From the NCBI GenBank assembly GCA_964016885.1, contig OZ024741.1, positions 403,868,001-403,932,000 of the forward strand: a DNA stretch of 64,000 nucleotides. Direction: 5' to 3'. Numbering within the stretch: position 1 is the stretch's first letter; the number at the start of each line of letters is the position of its first letter. This stretch comes from Eledone cirrhosa (taxonomy: Eukaryota). Of this stretch, positions 56,901-64,000 are shown piece by piece. The notes beneath the pieces were generated by a model, which did no database searches, was not told the DNA's origin, and saw only the letters and a list, made by a program, of their open reading frames with translations. Position numbers and translations under genes: made by a program.

Positions 56901-59900
56901 ACCAACACTGACACCAATACCATCACCAACACCAATACCAACCCCGATACCATCGGCAACACCAATACCATCACCATCACCAACACCAACACCAACACCA
57001 ATACCATCACCAACACAAACACCAACACCAACACCAATACCATCACCAACACCAACACCAACACCAACACCAACACCAACACCAACAACCATAGCATCAC
57101 CAACACCAACATCAATACCATCACCAACACCAAAACCATCACCAACAGCAACACCAATACCATCACCAACACCAACACCAACAGCAACACCAACACCAAC
57201 AACCATAGCATCACCAACACCAACACCAATACCATCACCAACACCAATACCAACACCAACAACCATAGCATCACCAACACCAACACCAATACCATCACCA
57301 ACACCAATACCATCACCAACACCAATACCAATACCATCACCAACAACAACAACAACACCAACACCAACACCAATACCATCACCACACCAATACCATCACC
57401 AACACCATCACCAACACCAATACCATCACCAACACCAACATCAACACCATCACCAACACCAATACCATCACCAACACCAACACCAATACCATCACCAACA
57501 CCAACACCAACACCAACACCATCACCAACACCAATACCATCACCAACACCAACATCAACACCATCACCAACACCAATACCATCACCAACACCAATACCAT
57601 CACCAATACCATCATCAACACCAACACCAATACCATCACCAATACCATCATCAACACCATCACCAATACCATCATCAACACCAACACCAATACCATCACC
57701 AACACCAACACCATAACCAACACCAATACCATCACCAACACCAACACCAATACCATCACCAACACCATCACCAATACCATCATCAACACCAACACCAATA
57801 CCATCACCAACACCAACACCATCACCAAGACCAACACCAACACCAATACCATCAACCACACCAACACCAATACCATCACCAACACCAATACCATCACCAA
57901 CACCAACAACAAAACCAACACCAACACCAATACCATCACCAACACCAACACCAATACCATCACCAACACCAATGCCAATACCAACACCATCACCAACACC
58001 AACACCAACACCAATACCATCACCAACACCAACACCAATACCAACACCAATACCATCATCAACACCATCACCAACACCATAACCAACACCAACACCAATA
58101 CCAACACCATCACCAACACCAACACCAATACCATCACCAATACCAATACCATCACCAACAACAACACCAATACCATCACTATCAACAACACCAACACCAA
58201 CAACAACACCAATACCATCACCAACAACAACCCCAATACCATCACCAATACCATCACCATCACCAACACCAATACCATCACCAACACCAATACCAATACC
58301 ATCACCAACAACAACACCAACACCAACACCAATACCATCACCATCACCAACACCAATACCATCACCATCACCAACACCAATACCAACACCAACAACAACA
58401 CCAACACCAACACCAATACCATCACCAACACCAACACCAACACCAATACCATCACCATCACCAACACCAATACCATCACCATCACCAACACCAATACCAT
58501 CACCATCACCAACACCAATACCAACACCAACAACAACACCAACACCAACACCATTACCATCACCAACACCATCACCAACACCAATACCATCACCAACACC
58601 AACACCAACACCAATACCATCACCATCACCAACACCAATACCATCACCAACACCAACACCAACACCAATACCATCACCATCACCAACACCAATACCAACA
58701 CCAACAACAACACCAACACCAACACCAATACCATCACCAACACCATCACCAACACCAATACCATCACCAACACCAACACCAACACCAATACCATCACCAT
58801 CACCAACACCAATACCATCACCATCACCAACACCAATACCATCACCATCACCAACACCAATACCAACACCAACAACAACACCAACACCAATACCATCACC
58901 AACACCATCACCAACACCAATACCATCACCAACACCAACAACAATACCAACACCAACACCAATAACATCACCAACACAAATACCATCACCAACAACAATA
59001 CCATCACCAACACCAACAACAGCAACACCAACACCAATACCATCACCAACAACAACACCAATACCATCACCAATACCAATACCATCACCAACACCAACAC
59101 CAATACCATCACCAATACCAATACCATCACCAACAGCAACACCAATACCATCACCAATACCAATACCATCACCAACACCAACAACAATACCATCACCAAT
59201 ACCAATACCATCACCAACACCAACACCAATACCATCACCAATACCAATACCATCACCAACACCAATACCATCACCAACACCAACACCAATACCATCACCA
59301 ACACCAACACCAATACCATCACCAACACCAATACCATCACCAACACAAATACCAATACCATCACCAACAACAACACCAACACCAACACCAATACCATCAC
59401 CAACACCATCTCCAACACCATCACCAACACCAACACCAACACCATCACCAACACCAATACCATCGCCAACACCAACAACACCAACACCGACACCAATACC
59501 ATCACCAATACCATCACCACACCAATACCATCACCAACACCAACACCAATACCATCAGCAACAACAACACCAACACCAACACCAATACCATCACCAACAC
59601 CAATACCATCACCAACACCAATACCATCACCAACACCAACAACACCAACACTGATACCAATACCATCACCTACACCAATACCAACACCAATACCATCACC
59701 AACACCAATACCATAACCATCACCAACACCAACACCAACTCCAATACCATCACCAACACCAATACCATCACCAACACAAATACCAACACCAACACCCAGA
59801 GCATCACCAACATCATTACCATCACCAACACCAATACCATCACCAACACCAATACCAATACCATCACCAACAACAACACCAACACCAACACCAACACCAA

Positions 59901-62900
59901 TACCATCACCAACACTAATACCAATAGCATCACCAACAACAACAACAACACCAACATCAACACCAACACCAATACCATCACCATCACCAACACCAATACC
60001 ATAACCAACAGCAACACCAACACCAATACCATCACCAACACCAATACCATCACCAACACCAATACCAATACCATCACCTACACCAACACCTACACCAACA
60101 CCAATACCATCACCACACCAATACCATCACCAACACCAACACCAATACCATCACCAACACCAATACCATCACCATTACCAACACTAATACCATAACCAAC
60201 ACCAACACCAACACCAACACCAACACCAATACCATCACCAACACCAACACCAATACCATCGCCAACACCAACTACACCAACACCGACACCAATACCATCA
60301 CCAATACCATCACCACACCAATACCATCACCAACACCAACACCAATACCATCAGCAACAACAACACCAACACCAACACCAATAACATCACCAACACCAAT
60401 ACCATCACCAACATCAATACCATCACCAACACCAACAACACCAACACTGATACCAATACCATCACCAACACCAATACCAACACCAATACCATCACCAACA
60501 CCAATACCATAACCATCACCAACACCAACACCAACACCAATACCATCACCAACACCAACTCCAATACCATCACCAACACCAATACCAACACCAATACCCT
60601 CACCAACACCAACACCAATACCATCACCAACACCAACACCAACACCAATACCATCACCAACACCAATACCATCACCAACACCAATACCATCACCAACACT
60701 AACACCAACACGAACACCAATACCAACACCAATACCATCACCAACACCAACACCAATACCATCACCAACACCAATACCATAACCAACACCAATAACATCA
60801 CCAACACCAACAACACCAACACCGACACCAATACCTTCACCAACACCAATACCAACACCAATACCATCACCAACACCAATACCAATACCATCACCAACAA
60901 CAAAACCAACACCAACACCAACAATAACACCAACACCAACACCACTACCCTCACCAACACCAACACCAATACCATCACCAACACCAATACCATCTTCAAC
61001 ACCTAACAAGAACACCATCACCAACACCAACACCAATACCATCACCAACACCAATACCATCACCAACACCAATAACATCACCAACACTAACACCAACACC
61101 AACACCAATACCAACACCTATACCATCACCAACAACAACACCAACACCAACACCAATACCATCACCAACACCAACACCAATACCAACACCAATACCATCA
61201 TCAACACCATCACCAACACCATAACCAACACCAACACCAACACCAATACCAACACCATCACCAACACCAACACCAATACCATCACCAATACCAATACCAT
61301 CACCAACAACAACACCAATACCATCACTATCAACAACACCAACACCAACAACAACACCAATACCATCACCAACAACAACCCTAATACCATCACCAATACC
61401 ATCACCATCACCAACACCAATACCATCACCAACACCAATACCAATACCATCACCAACAACAACACCAACACCAACACCAATACCATCACCATCACCAACA
61501 CCAATACCATCACCATCACCAACACCAATACCAACACCAACAACAACACCAACACCAACACCAATACCATCACCAACACCAACACCAACACCAATACCAT
61601 CACCATCACCAACACCAATACCATCACCATCACCAACACCAATACCATCACCATCACCAATACCATCACCAACACCATCACCAACACCAATACCATCACC
61701 AACACCAACACCAACACCAATACCATCACCATCACCAACACCAATACCATCACCAACACCAACACCAACACCAATACCATCACCATCACCAACACCAATA
61801 CCAACACCAACAACAACACCAACACCAACACCAATACCATCACCAACACCATCACCAACACCAATACCATCACCAACACCAACACCAACACCAATACCAT
61901 CACCATCACCAACACCAATACCATCACCATCACCAACACCAATACCATCACCATCACCAACACCAATACCAACACCAACAACAACACCAACACCAATACC
62001 ATCACCAACACCATCACCAACACCAATACCATCACCAACACCAACAACAATACCAACACCAACACCAATAACATCACCAACACAAATACCATCACCAACA
62101 ACAATACCATCACCAACACCAACAACAGCAACACCAACACCAATACCATCACCAACAACAACACCAATACCATCACCAATACCAATACCATCACCAACAC
62201 CAACACCAATACCATCACCAATACCAATACCATCACCAACACCAACACCAATACCATCACCAATACCAATACCATCACCAACACCAACACCAATACCATC
62301 ACCAATACCAATACCATCACCAACACCAACACCAATACCATCACCAATACCAATACCATCACCAACACCAATACCATCACCAACACCAATACCATCACCA
62401 ACACCAACACCAATACCATCACCAACACCAATACCATCACCAACACAAATACCAATACCATCACCAACAACAACACCAACACCAACACCAATACCATCAC
62501 CAACACCATCTCCAACACCATCACCAACACCAACACCAACACCATCACCAACACCAATACCATCGCCAACACCAACAACACCAACACCGACACCAATACC
62601 ATCACCAATACCATCACCACACCAATACCATCACCAACACCAACACCAATACCATCAGCAACAACAACACCAACACCAACACCAATACCATCACCAACAC
62701 CAATACCATCACCAACACCAATACCATCACCAACACCAACAACACCAACACTGATACCAATACCATCACCAACACCAATACCAACACCAATACCATCACC
62801 AACACCAATACCATAACCATCACCAACACCAACACCAACTCCAATACCATCACCAACACCAATACCATCACCAACACAAATACCAACACCAACACCCACA

Positions 62901-64000
62901 GCATCACCAACATCATTACCATCACCAACACCAATACCATCACCAACACCAATACCAATACCATCACCAACAACAACACCAACACCAACACCAATACCAT
63001 CACCAACACTAATACCAATAGCATCACCAACAACAACAACAACACCAACATCAACACCAACACCAATACCATCACCATCACCAACACCAATACCATAACC
63101 AACAGCAACACCAACACCAATACCATCACCAACACCAATACCATCACCAACACCAATACCAATACCATCACCTACAACAACACCAACACCTACACCAACA
63201 CCAATACCATCACCACACCAATACCATCACCAACACCAACACCAATACCATCACCAACACCAATACCATCACCATTACCAACACTAATACCATAACCAAC
63301 ACCAACACCAACACCAACACCAACACCAATACCATCACCAACACCAACACCAATACCATCACCAACACCAACACCAATACCAACACCAATACCATCACCA
63401 ACACCAACACCAACACCAATACCATCACCAACACCAATACCATCACCAACACCAATACCATCGCCAACACCAACTACACCAACACCGACACCAATACCAT
63501 CACCAATACCATCACCACACCAATACCATCACCAACACCAACACCAATACCATCAGCAACAACAACACCAACACCAACACCAATAACATCACCAACACCA
63601 ATACCATCACCAACATCAATACCATCACCAACACCAACAACACCAACACTGATACCAATACCATCACCAACACCAATACCAACACCAATACCATCACCAA
63701 CACCAATACCATAACCATCACCAACACCAACACCAACACCAATACCATCACCAACACCAACACCAACTCCAATACCATCACCAACACCAATACCAACACC
63801 AATACCCTCACCAACACCAACACCAATACCATCACCAACACCAACACCAACACCAATACCATCACCAACACCAATACCATCACCAACACCAATACCATCA
63901 CCAACACTAACACCAACACGAACACCAATACCAACACCAATACCATCACCAACACCAACACCAATACCATCACCAACACCAATACCATAACCAACACCAA
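32913..64000. repeat. Giant C/A-strand satellite of CCAACA/CCAATA/CCATCA hexamers with higher-order repeats, continuing past the window end
   Basis: More than 31 kb uninterrupted; plus strand almost lacks G; rare variants (AACATTTCC, ACCATAGCA, CCACACC) recur at regular kb-scale offsets. Confidence 0.97.

Noticed and set aside
32778-64000. Long ORFs in the satellite (e.g. 967 aa at 56062-58965, 906 aa at 47834-50554) as real CDS
   Set aside because: The repeat words lack stops in most frames on both strands; frames switch register at recurring indels, CCATAA stops interrupt the Pro frame, and there is no non-repetitive domain.
32913-64000. Telomeric repeat array
   Set aside because: Not TTAGGG, units are heterogeneous, and the G-rich strand runs toward the unique flank rather than toward the open end.

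Overview
Eukaryotic, gene-free window; the tRNA-derived and CORE-type SINEs look like octopus/coleoid cephalopod SINEs (my inference, not searched). Bases 1-32.9 kb are a transposon graveyard built around (TA)n/(CA)n microsatellites. It holds Penelope-like (RT + GIY-YIG) elements, RTE, L1/Tx1, CR1-like and CRE LINE fragments, an internally deleted hAT transposon, many SINEs, a 135-bp pyrimidine minisatellite and a 10-bp GCACATGCCY array. Bases 32.9-64 kb are one continuous, almost G-free CCA(ACA/ATA/TCA) satellite with kb-scale higher-order duplications. The strongest hidden signal is RNA-level: about 17 type I hammerhead-ribozyme motifs from about 10 sequence families on both strands within 29 kb. 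They include compensatory stem changes, non-canonical cores (UUGAAAA with a U3-A8 swap, CCGACGA, CAGAAGA) and repeated placement in fold-back inverted duplications next to (TA)n. All structures were folded by eye and none has been tested. No host protein-coding gene is supported.
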